This document shows, one piece after another, positions 8,074-15,720 of a stretch of DNA of 32,000 bases. Position numbers and translations under genes: made by a program. A model generated the notes under the pieces. That model had not been told where the DNA came from. It worked only from the letters and a program-made list of their open reading frames with translations, and searched no databases. Within the stretch, counting starts at the first letter, position 1; each line of letters opens with the position of its first letter. The DNA is from Bifidobacterium longum subsp. longum JCM 1217. Its GTDB lineage: Bacteria; Actinomycetota; Actinomycetes; Actinomycetales; Bifidobacteriaceae. Where the stretch lies: contig NC_015067.1 in the NCBI RefSeq assembly GCF_000196555.1, positions 1,470,001 through 1,502,000 of the forward strand, in the 5' to 3' direction.

Positions 8074-9357
8074 CTACTTGAGCTTGCGGCCCGCGCACCA
8101 CACCTGTTCGACCGTCCAGTCGGCCGGGTCCGCAAGGTTGAAATCGGCGGCGAAGCCGGGGGCGATGAGGCCGATCGGCGCCCCGGTGACCGGGTTCGGC
8201 CGGTCGAAGCCGAACGCCTTGGCCGGCGTCAGAGTGGCCGCCTCGACCGCGTCCACCGGGCTGAAGCCCAGTTCGTCCACCGCACGGCGCACGGCGACCT
8301 CCAGCAGCAGAGTGGAGCCGGCGATGGCGCCGTTGGAGACCAGGCGCGCATGCCCATCGACCACGTTCACGTCCAGCGCGCCCAACTTGTAGGCGCCGTC
8401 CGGGCAGTCGGTGGCGGCCATCGCATCGGTCACGAAGGCCGTGCGGTGAGGCGCGAACCGGAAGGAGAGGCTCACCATCGGATCCTGCACGTGGAATCCG
8501 TCGTTGATGAGCTCGATGGTGACGCGCGGATCTTCCACCGCAGCCGGAATCGGACCGGGTTCGCGGTGATGCAGGCCGTTCATCGCGTTGAACATGTGGG
8601 TCATGATGCCCGCGCCCGCGTCGAAGCCGGCTTTGGCGGTCTCGTAGTCGGCGTCGCAGTGGCCCACGGCCGGCACCACGCCGGCAGCGGCGAACTGGCG
8701 GATGGCGGAGATGCCGTGGGGCAGTTCGGGGGCGATGGTGATCTGGCGGATGCAGCCAAGCTTGCCGGAGGCGGGGTCGGCACCGGAGGCATCAAGCATC
8801 TTATCGACGATGTCAGGCACCGGATCCTTGAGACATTCCGGGTCATGTGCGCCTTTGCGCGCCAGGGCCAGGAACGGGCCTTCCAGATGGCAGCCTAGGA
8901 TGTCGGGGCGGCCGGACTCCATCTTGGCGCGGACGGTGCGGATGTTGCGGCAGATCACGTCCACGGGGTTGGTGATCAGCGAGAGCACCTGGCGCGTGGT
9001 GCCGTGCACGGCGTGGCCGGCCCGCGCCACGTCGATGCCGTCCGGCCCGTCATCGAAGCTCTTCTCCCATGCGCCGTGCGCGTGGATGTCCACGTAGCCG
9101 GGGGTCAGAATACGGCCTTCGGCGTCGATGACCGCGTTGCGATCGGCCGGGTCGAGCCCCACCGTGCGGCAGTAGTGCTCGAAGGTCTCCTCCCCCGTGC
9201 CGGCCGCCACGATGACGCCGGCGGCATCGGAGACGACCCAATATCCGCGCCGTTCGCCGCGCGCATCCACCTTGCGCGCGTTACGAATCGCCACCGGAGC
9301 CGGCTTGCCCTCCAGTGCCGCGGTCACGCGCGAGACTATCTCGTTCCTATCAGACAT
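8074..9357 (-). CDS. nagA: N-acetylglucosamine-6-phosphate deacetylase
   Basis: Amidohydrolase/NagA blocks VDIHAHG, HLEGPFL, GHCDADY, HMFNAM, TDAMAA. The 508-aa track ORF runs into nagB. ATG 9357 (MSDRNEIV...) has AAGGAG 6 nt upstream and removes the overlap, giving 427 aa. Confidence 0.92.
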   Translation of the reverse strand: MSDRNEIVSRVTAALEGKPAPVAIRNARKVDARGERRGYWVVSDAAGVIVAAGTGEETFEHYCRTVGLDPADRNAVIDAEGRILTPGYVDIHAHGAWEKSFDDGPDGIDVARAGHAVHGTTRQVLSLITNPVDVICRNIRTVRAKMESGRPDILGCHLEGPFLALARKGAHDPECLKDPVPDIVDKMLDASGADPASGKLGCIRQITIAPELPHGISAIRQFAAAGVVPAVGHCDADYETAKAGFDAGAGIMTHMFNAMNGLHHREPGPIPAAVEDPRVTIELINDGFHVQDPMVSLSFRFAPHRTAFVTDAMAATDCPDGAYKLGALDVNVVDGHARLVSNGAIAGSTLLLEVAVRRAVDELGFSPVDAVEAATLTPAKAFGFDRPNPVTGAPIGLIAPGFAADFNLADPADWTVEQVWCAGRKLK

Positions 9358-9380
9358 GTTGTTCTCCTTACCGCTCATGC

Positions 9381-9398
9381 GCTCCCGCTGGCGGGAGC
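9381..9398 (-). other. Small intercistronic hairpin between nagB and nagA
   Basis: GCTCCCG-ctgg-CGGGAGC inside the 55-nt nagB-nagA spacer. Function unknown; it could be an mRNA processing or stability element. Confidence 0.35.
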
Positions 9399-9412
9399 CA
9401 GCACACGATAAC

Positions 9413-10225
9413 TCAGATGCCCTGCCAGGCCGGCTTGTGGGTGTAGGCATAACGGTAGTAGTCCTTGTGGCGCAGGCGGGACGCGGCCTCCTCGTCCACG
9501 ATAATCGTGGCGTGCGGGTGCATCTGCAGCGCGGAAGCCGGGCAGAACGCTGACACGCCGCCTTCCACCGTCTCCTCGATGGCTTCGGCCTTGCCGGCAC
9601 CGAACGCCAGCAGCACGAGGTGACGGGCCTTCATGATCGTGCCAATACCCTGCGTGATGCAGTGGGTGGGCACTTGGTTGATGTCGTTGTCGAAGAAGCG
9701 CGCGTTGTCGATGCGGGTCTGTTCGGCCAAGGTCTTGACGCGAGTGCCGGAGGCCAACGAGGAACCGGGCTCGTTGAAGCCGACGTGGCCGTCGGTGCCG
9801 ATGCCGAGGATCTGCACGTCGATGCCGCCAGCGGCTTCGATGGCACGATCATAGGCCGGGCCGGCCAGCGCGACTTTGTCGCCGTCTTCGAGCGGAGTGC
9901 CGTTGAGTACGTCGCCGGGCACATGGACCTTGGCCGGGTCCAGGCCAAGCGGTTCGACCACGGTGCGATGGATGGTCGCATGATAGGACTCGGGATGGGT
10001 CAGCGGCAGCCCGATGTATTCGTCAAGCGCGAAACCACGCACGCCCGAAACGTCAATGGCCTCGTCCTTGACGATCTTGGCGAGCGCCTGATAGGCGGCC
10101 AGCGGGCTGGAGCCAGTGGCCAGGCCCAGCACAGCGTCCGGCTTTGCTTTGATCAGGTCCGCCACGCAACGGCCGTAGATCTCGCCGGCCTCGGCTTCGT
10201 TCTTGACAATGATGATTTCCGGCAT
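9413..10225 (-). CDS. nagB: Glucosamine-6-phosphate deaminase
   Basis: GLATGSSP, DEYIGL and LGIGTDGHVGFNEPGSS blocks typical of NagB. ATG 10225 (MPEIIIVKNE...) has GGAGGA upstream. The 37 upstream codons of the track ORF are Arg/Gly-rich with no RBS. Product is 270 aa. Confidence 0.93.
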   Translation of the reverse strand: MPEIIIVKNEAEAGEIYGRCVADLIKAKPDAVLGLATGSSPLAAYQALAKIVKDEAIDVSGVRGFALDEYIGLPLTHPESYHATIHRTVVEPLGLDPAKVHVPGDVLNGTPLEDGDKVALAGPAYDRAIEAAGGIDVQILGIGTDGHVGFNEPGSSLASGTRVKTLAEQTRIDNARFFDNDINQVPTHCITQGIGTIMKARHLVLLAFGAGKAEAIEETVEGGVSAFCPASALQMHPHATIIVDEEAASRLRHKDYYRYAYTHKPAWQGI

Positions 10226-10373
10226 CGGTTTCCTCCAGTTCCGTGCGGCCCGCCCGATGCGAGTCGCTGTACCGCCGCCCGTCTTGCGGATAATGGCAAC
10301 ATCCTTGTCACGTCCGGGTGCCGCGCGGCGTTCCAACCACCGTTCGGCGTAGCGCCGATTGGTGATTCGCTAT

Positions 10374-10408
10374 TTGTTAATGATACTAACAATTTTGGAC
10401 CTTATGAA
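10374..10408 (-). promoter_or_regulatory. Candidate nagBA promoter with overlapping palindromic operator
   Basis: On the minus strand: -35 TTCATA (10403-10408), 17-nt spacer, -10 TATCAT (10380-10385). Palindrome TTGTTA-N7-TAACAA (10374-10392) overlaps the -10 and spacer. This is the only AT-rich patch in the 337-bp divergent region shared with the ROK regulator gene. Confidence 0.5.
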
Positions 10409-10562
10409 CACTCACGGTGTTTCCTGACGCTTCACACAGGTACACTGGAATTTATTAGTGAAGTTTCATAACAGTTTCAACGACGAAATTGCGCTTCACC
10501 GTCTAAGCTGTGTATGGAACAACAATCGCCGTCCACTCGCTCACCATCAGGCAGGAGGAAAC

Positions 10563-11687
10563 ATGTCATATCTCGGTCTCAACACAACGACCGACGACCA
10601 TGCGGCCAAGGCTTCCCCCGCCGATGTGCGCCGCAAGAACCGCCAACTTATCTTCAGGTTGTTGTTCCCCACCAACCAGTATTCGCGCGCCGAGCTCGGC
10701 CGACGCACCGGATTGAGCCGCGTGGCCGTTTCCGATGTGGTCGGTCGGATGCTGGAGGAAGGATTGCTGCGCGAGACCGGTCAGGCACCCAGCGGCGGCA
10801 AAGGCAAACGAGGCACACTGCTGAGCATCGATATCGATCGACTGCGCATCATCAGCATCGACCTGACGCAGGAGCACCTGCTGCACGGCGCAGTCACCAA
10901 TCTGCTCGGCCAGCCGCTGCGTCACGCCGAAGTCACCCTGAACACCGGCTCATTCGTTTCCGTGGATGTGATCATCGAGCTCATTGAGAAGATGCTGGGC
11001 ATGTCCGATGGCGAGGTCATCGGCATCGGAGTCGCCTCCCCCGGCGTGGTAGACAACGGCGTGGTCCGCTCCTCCACGATGCGCGGCTGGAACAATCTCG
11101 ACCTGTCCACGCCAATCGCCGAACATTTCGGACTTGAAGTAAACGTCAGCAACGACGCCACCGCAGCCATGCTCACCGAACGTTTCTTTGGCCAAGGCGG
11201 GCCGAATATGCTTTTCGTGCGCATCGAAAGAGGCATCGGTTCGGCGATTCTGCTCTCGGACACGCCGGTAATCGGCGAACTGCACGCGGCTGGCGAGCTC
11301 GGCCATATTTCCATCGATCTTGACGGGCCGCCGTGCCCTTGCGGCAAGCACGGTTGCTTGGAGACGATGATTTCCGGAACCGCATTGAAGAAGCAACTCA
11401 GCGCAGCAGACGTGGAGCAGCATCAGAATATCCTTGCTCGGGCGGGCCGCTATCTTGGCCAAGCCCTGGCCATGCCTGTGGGCCTTTTGGATATGGCAGA
11501 CGTATGCGTCTATGGCCAGCCGAACATCATCAACGCGACGTTCATCGGCGCGGCCCAGCAATATCTGGATGCCGCCACATCCTCGTCCTTCCACAAACAC
11601 ACGGTGATTCGGCGCTGCGAATGCGGACCTGACATCACCGTACAGGGCGAGGCCATCGCCGTGGTCTTCCAACACTTGGCCAAATAA
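10563..11687 (+). CDS. ROK-family transcriptional repressor (NagC/XylR type, NagR-like)
   Basis: N-terminal winged-HTH RRKNRQLIFRLLFPTNQYSRAELGRRTGLSRVAVSDVVGRMLEEGLL, then a ROK sugar-binding domain with Zn motif HISIDLDGPPCPCGKHGCLE. ATG 10563 has AGGAGGA upstream. Divergent from nagBA. Confidence 0.88.
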   Translation: MSYLGLNTTTDDHAAKASPADVRRKNRQLIFRLLFPTNQYSRAELGRRTGLSRVAVSDVVGRMLEEGLLRETGQAPSGGKGKRGTLLSIDIDRLRIISIDLTQEHLLHGAVTNLLGQPLRHAEVTLNTGSFVSVDVIIELIEKMLGMSDGEVIGIGVASPGVVDNGVVRSSTMRGWNNLDLSTPIAEHFGLEVNVSNDATAAMLTERFFGQGGPNMLFVRIERGIGSAILLSDTPVIGELHAAGELGHISIDLDGPPCPCGKHGCLETMISGTALKKQLSAADVEQHQNILARAGRYLGQALAMPVGLLDMADVCVYGQPNIINATFIGAAQQYLDAATSSSFHKHTVIRRCECGPDITVQGEAIAVVFQHLAK

Positions 11688-11763
11688 AAGCCGGTCACCC
11701 CGGCAACGAAACGCGCAAGACCAAGCGCGGCACAGCACGACATAAAGCGATATAGGACTGCGT

Positions 11764-11805
11764 GGGAGATGGGGCCTCGGAGACAAATCTGAGGCCTCAT
11801 CTCCC
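11764..11805. terminator. Bidirectional hairpin between the convergent ROK regulator (+) and ROK kinase (-) genes
   Basis: 15-bp stem GGGAGATGGGGCCTC / GAGGCCTCATCTCCC (one G-U pair), 12-nt loop. No strong T-tract on either side. Confidence 0.55.
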
Positions 11806-11826
11806 ATGCCCCGGCACTATGCCAGG

Positions 11827-12741
11827 CTACGCCGCCATGGCGGCACCGATGGCTCCGACTGGTTGGCCGACAGGTGCCAGACGCAGCCGGGCCGGCAGGT
11901 CCAGCGTTTCGAGGAATCGGCATTGCGATTCGCGCCGGCGCAGCTCAGCCGTGATCACCTCGACCAATGGTTCGCCGGTTTTGGCCATGCCACCGCCCAA
12001 GATGATGAGTCGCGGATCAACGGACTGAGCCAGGATTTGTATGGTGTCGCCGATGGCGCGCACTACCATGTCCAGCACATCGACGGCCTCGGCCTCCCGC
12101 TTTTTCGCGCGACGAATCAGGTCGGGCATCGGCGGGTCGGCGTTGGGCCACAGACGTCCCACGGATGCGCCCGAGCAGACGGTTTCCAAGCATCCGTATT
12201 GCCCGCAAGGGCACTTGAGGCGATGAGGTTCGACTGGGATATGGCCGATTTCGCCGGCCGCACCGCTATAGCCATGCATCAGCACGCCGTTTTCGACAAT
12301 GCCCGCAGCCAGTCCGGTGCCGAAGTTCAGGAACGCAATGGTACCGGCCATGCCATCTGCACCGCCCAACACGGTGGCCGCGCCGACGGCGGCGGCGTTG
12401 ACGTCGTTTTCCACATGGGCCGGCACGCCCGAACGCTGCGAGATCAACGGCCCCATATCCAGCGAGACCACGTCGAGATTCACGATATTGCCCACATGCC
12501 CGCTGGCCGAATCCACCGTGCCCGGGGTACCGACACCGATGGCCCTCACCTCGTCAAAACGCTCACCCGCCGCCTGATGCGCTACAGCGACGATGTCTTC
12601 GATCACGGCATCGTTGCCATGTCTGGCGGGAATACGGGCGGAACCCAATACCGTGCCCATTGCGTCAACCAGCACAGCTTCGATTTTTGTTCCGCCCACG
12701 TCAACACCGATTTTGAGATTGTTCATAGTGTTTTCGGACAT
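11827..12741 (-). CDS. ROK-family sugar kinase (N-acetylglucosamine kinase/glucokinase-like; no HTH domain)
   Basis: N-terminal ATP motif IGVDVGGTKIE, ROK signature and Zn motif HIPVEPHRLKCPCGQYGCLE, and no DNA-binding domain. ATG 12741 (MSENTMNN...) has GGGAGGA upstream. The track start at 12762 adds 7 codons. Confidence 0.88.
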   Translation of the reverse strand: MSENTMNNLKIGVDVGGTKIEAVLVDAMGTVLGSARIPARHGNDAVIEDIVAVAHQAAGERFDEVRAIGVGTPGTVDSASGHVGNIVNLDVVSLDMGPLISQRSGVPAHVENDVNAAAVGAATVLGGADGMAGTIAFLNFGTGLAAGIVENGVLMHGYSGAAGEIGHIPVEPHRLKCPCGQYGCLETVCSGASVGRLWPNADPPMPDLIRRAKKREAEAVDVLDMVVRAIGDTIQILAQSVDPRLIILGGGMAKTGEPLVEVITAELRRRESQCRFLETLDLPARLRLAPVGQPVGAIGAAMAA

Positions 12742-12798
12742 CAGTCCTCCCCTGTTCTTCATCGAACGTTTCGCTTGATATCAGTGTACATCTGACTA

Positions 12799-12817
12799 TT
12801 GACAACTATCTTAACAA
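12799..12817. promoter_or_regulatory. Second copy of the TTG...TTAACAA operator-like motif, upstream of the ROK kinase gene
   Basis: TTGACAACTATCTTAACAA matches the nagB-proximal site TTGTTAATGATACTAACAA at 13 of 19 positions in my hand alignment. It lies 58 nt upstream of the kinase ATG on the minus strand. Confidence 0.4.
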
Positions 12818-12862
12818 ATTCACCCAAGACGACACTCACATGCACGACACGCCGAATGACAT

Positions 12863-12896
12863 ATTGATTGCGTCAATCAATTAACAGCGTTAATAT
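12863..12896 (+). promoter_or_regulatory. Candidate promoter of the second ROK regulator with distinct overlapping palindromes
   Basis: -35 TTGCGT (12868-12873), 17-nt spacer, -10 TAATAT (12891-12896). Perfect palindrome ATTGATTG-cgt-CAATCAAT (12863-12881) covers the -35. An adjacent palindrome TTAAC-agc-GTTAA sits at 12881-12893. Confidence 0.45.
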
Positions 12897-12967
12897 CTTA
12901 ATCAAGTTCAGATTCAAAGACGAGCGGAACAACTCGCAGCAGTGCAGACAAGGAGGACTTAAGACCG

Positions 12968-14182
12968 ATGGCAACAAACACCACCCACGCCACTTCCCAG
13001 GCCAGTGTCTCCGAATCCAACCGCTCCCGCATCGTCAAGCACCTGTATCACAACGGCATCAGTTCCCGCGCGCAAATCGCCAAGGCACTGGAACTCACCC
13101 CCGCGGCCATCACCAAAATCACCGCACGCCTTATCGAGGCCGGCATGATTGAAGAGACCGGCGATCTGGAAGGCTCCAAGAACCGCCGTTCCATCGGACT
13201 CAAGCTCAACACCACGCACTTCCGCATCATCGGCATCAAATTCGCCCGCTCGCTGGTGCAGATCGGCGTGTTCGACCTGTGCGGCAACACCCTGAGCTTT
13301 GAAAACCTGCCCACGGTGTGCGACAACACCATCAACGACTCCATCGTCACCATCCACCAGCGCGTCGAACAACTGCTCGACAACGACCCATCCATCGTGG
13401 CCATCGGCATGGCAGTGCCCGGCCCCTATCTGCGTAACGTAGGCCGCACCGCCGTGGTGTCCAACATGCAGGGCTGGCGCAAAATCAACTTCATCGACGA
13501 ATTCGCCACCGCTTTCCGCGTGCCAGTGTTCATCGAACAGGACGCCCGCGCCGGCGCCCTCGCACATTATCTCTTCGACCCGTCGGTGCACGCCGACGAC
13601 AACCTCGCCTATTATCTGGTCGGCGAAGGCGTGGGCCTCGGCGTCATCGACAACGGTCGCCTCATCAACGGCTTCCTCGGTGCCGCCACCGAAATCGGAC
13701 ACATCTCCATTGACGTCAACGGCCGCCCCTGCGATTGCGGCAACATCGGCTGCCTTGAACGCTACTGCTCCACCCCCGCCATTCACGATACGCTCATCGC
13801 CGATGGCACCGTGGTTCCCGGCGCGGCCGATATGACCCACACCGAAGCCGCCCGCGCCCTGTTCGCCAAAGCCGGCGACGGCGACGAAGCGGCAATCGCC
13901 ATTGTCCGCGAAGTCGCCCGATACGTCGGCTACGGATGCGTCACCATCTTCAATGGATACAATCCCGAGCACATCATCATCGGCGACATCGTGTCCGAAG
14001 CCGGCCCGATACTGCTCGATGAGGTGCGCGCCACGGTGGCCGAACGGGCCATCCCCGAAATCAATGCCTCCACTTCCATCAGCCTATCCACCTTGTCCGC
14101 CGACGCGGCGGTCTCCGGTGCCGCAGCAGTGGCAGTGACCCAATTCCTCGAACACCCCTCGGTGTTCTTCGACGTCTCCTAA
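12968..14182 (+). CDS. ROK-family transcriptional regulator (second paralogue)
   Basis: wHTH NRSRIVKHLYHNGISSRAQIAKALELTPAAITKITARLIEAGMI plus a ROK domain with HISIDVNGRPCDCGNIGCLE. AAGGAGGA lies 10 nt upstream of ATG 12968. Confidence 0.9.
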   Translation: MATNTTHATSQASVSESNRSRIVKHLYHNGISSRAQIAKALELTPAAITKITARLIEAGMIEETGDLEGSKNRRSIGLKLNTTHFRIIGIKFARSLVQIGVFDLCGNTLSFENLPTVCDNTINDSIVTIHQRVEQLLDNDPSIVAIGMAVPGPYLRNVGRTAVVSNMQGWRKINFIDEFATAFRVPVFIEQDARAGALAHYLFDPSVHADDNLAYYLVGEGVGLGVIDNGRLINGFLGAATEIGHISIDVNGRPCDCGNIGCLERYCSTPAIHDTLIADGTVVPGAADMTHTEAARALFAKAGDGDEAAIAIVREVARYVGYGCVTIFNGYNPEHIIIGDIVSEAGPILLDEVRATVAERAIPEINASTSISLSTLSADAAVSGAAAVAVTQFLEHPSVFFDVS

Positions 14183-14254
14183 ACCAAGCGCCGACATCAC
14201 AAGATTTTCCATACGAAACACCCGATAAAGGAAACAAAGGAAAGGAAACCAACC

Positions 14255-15151
14255 ATGACTACCCCGATCGTTCTGAGCCTCGGTGAACTGCTGTGGGACA
14301 TGCTGCCGAGCGGCAAGCGAGCCGGCGGCGCCCCCGTCAACTTCGCCTACCACGCGATGAAGAACGGCACCGAAGGCTGGGCCATCAGCGCGGTCGGCGA
14401 GGATGAACTCGGCGACGAACTGATTGCCAAGGCCGACGAGGCCGGCATCAACACCGTTCTTCAGCGCAACGCCTGGCCGACCTCCACCGTCGAAGTCGCA
14501 CTGAAGAACGGTATCCCGGAGTACACCATCGTCAAGGGCGTGGCTTGGGACCACATCCTGTACACCCGCCAGCTCATCGACGTGGTCTCCAAGGCCGACG
14601 CCGTCTGCTTCGGCACCCTGGCCCTGCGCTCCCCCGAATCGCACGCCACCATCACGGAGCTGCTCAAGCACACCAAGCCGGGCGCGATGAAGTTCTTCGA
14701 CATCAACCTGCGCGGCGACCACTACTCCAAGGAACTTATCGAGGAACTCCTCAAGGCGGCCACCGTCTTCAAGATCAACGACGAGGAACTCCTGCTGCTG
14801 CGCGACATGTTCGACATTCGCGGCACCTCCGGCGAAGACGCCTCCCGCTGGTTCCTCGAGGAATTCGACCTCGACTACGTGATTCTGACCGCCGGCTCCG
14901 CCTACTCCACCATCATCTCCCGCAAGGGCGAGGTCTCCACGCTGGACACTCCGCACGTCGAGGTGAACGACACCGTGGGTGCAGGTGACTCCTTCTCCGG
15001 CACCTTCACCGCACGCATCCTGCTGGGTGACACGCTCGCCGAAGCCCACCGCAAGGCCGTCAACACCGCCGCCTTCGTCTGCACCCAGGCCGGTGCCTGG
15101 CCCGAGTACCCGGCCGAGATGCCCGACTATCTGGCTGAAATCGGCAAGTAA
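14255..15151 (+). CDS. PfkB-family carbohydrate kinase, fructokinase-like
   Basis: N-terminal LSLGELLWDMLPSGKRAGGAPVNFAYH and C-terminal PfkB signature DTVGAGDSFSGTF. 298 aa. It resembles the fructokinase (Frk) described for B. longum; that link is from memory. Confidence 0.85.
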   Translation: MTTPIVLSLGELLWDMLPSGKRAGGAPVNFAYHAMKNGTEGWAISAVGEDELGDELIAKADEAGINTVLQRNAWPTSTVEVALKNGIPEYTIVKGVAWDHILYTRQLIDVVSKADAVCFGTLALRSPESHATITELLKHTKPGAMKFFDINLRGDHYSKELIEELLKAATVFKINDEELLLLRDMFDIRGTSGEDASRWFLEEFDLDYVILTAGSAYSTIISRKGEVSTLDTPHVEVNDTVGAGDSFSGTFTARILLGDTLAEAHRKAVNTAAFVCTQAGAWPEYPAEMPDYLAEIGK

Positions 15152-15173
15152 TCCACTCCCACCCCATTTTCCC

Positions 15174-15212
15174 GATGGCTTTGCCGCTCTATACCGGCAA
15201 AGCCATCTTGTT
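15174..15212 (+). terminator. Strong hairpin between the kinase and VOC genes (terminator or attenuator)
   Basis: Perfect 13-bp stem GATGGCTTTGCCG (15174-15186) / CGGCAAAGCCATC (15195-15207), 8-nt loop, then TTGTTC. Confidence 0.6.
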
Positions 15213-15225
15213 CAGAGGAGTCACC

Positions 15226-15615
15226 ATGTCCATTCGCGACACCGTCACCGGCGTCCAGCATGTCGGCATTCCGACCACGGACCTCGAAGGCACCATCGCC
15301 TACTACGAGCGTCTCGGCTTCGAATGCCTCGGCATCTATCCCAACGGTGAGGACCGCTGCACCTTCCTGCGCCTGAACAACCTGACCCTCGAGGTGTGGA
15401 CCATGAACCCCACGCCTATGGAAAACGGCGCCATCAACCACTTCGCGCTGGATTCGACGGATATCGAAGCGTCCTTCGCCGAAGCCCAGAAGCTCGGCCT
15501 GAACTTCGTGGAAGGCTCCATCCAGCACATCGACACCTTCTGGAGCAACGGCATCCGTTACTTCAACGTGCTTGGGCCGAACCACGAGGTCATCGAATTC
15601 TGCCAAATCATGTAA
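15226..15615 (+). CDS. VOC (glyoxalase/bleomycin-resistance/dioxygenase fold) family protein
   Basis: Starts MSIRDTVTGVQHVGIPTTDLEGTIAYYERLGF, the typical beta-alpha-beta-beta-beta VOC module start with a metal-ligand His, and has a later NHFALD block. ATG 15226 has GAGGAG 5 nt upstream. The track start 15175 lies inside the upstream hairpin. Confidence 0.8.
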   Translation: MSIRDTVTGVQHVGIPTTDLEGTIAYYERLGFECLGIYPNGEDRCTFLRLNNLTLEVWTMNPTPMENGAINHFALDSTDIEASFAEAQKLGLNFVEGSIQHIDTFWSNGIRYFNVLGPNHEVIEFCQIM

Positions 15616-15720
15616 CGCCATGATGACATCCGATAACGGAACCATCACTATTCACTAGTCATCATCCATTGACCGATAGATCTGTCGTACGTCCATTCAT
15701 AGAGAAAAAGGGAATTCAAA

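Noticed and set aside
9358-9600. Upstream extension of the nagA ORF overlapping nagB by 188 nt. The same applies to 10226-10336 for nagB, 25432-25575 for ftsW and 26864-26899 for murD.
   Set aside because: The extensions are Arg/Pro/Thr-rich, lack an RBS, and overlap the preceding gene. Internal ATGs with strong Shine-Dalgarno sequences give family-typical N-termini.
8041-15648. Series of long antisense ORFs: 8041-8898 +, 9620-10471 +, 10950-11807 -, 11806-12795 +, 12959-13972 -, 14084-15049 -, 15127-15648 -
   Set aside because: Each one overlaps, on the opposite strand, a gene with clear family motifs (nagA, nagB, ROK genes, PfkB kinase, VOC). None has a recognisable domain or a convincing RBS. 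This is typical high-GC codon-position-3 shadowing.
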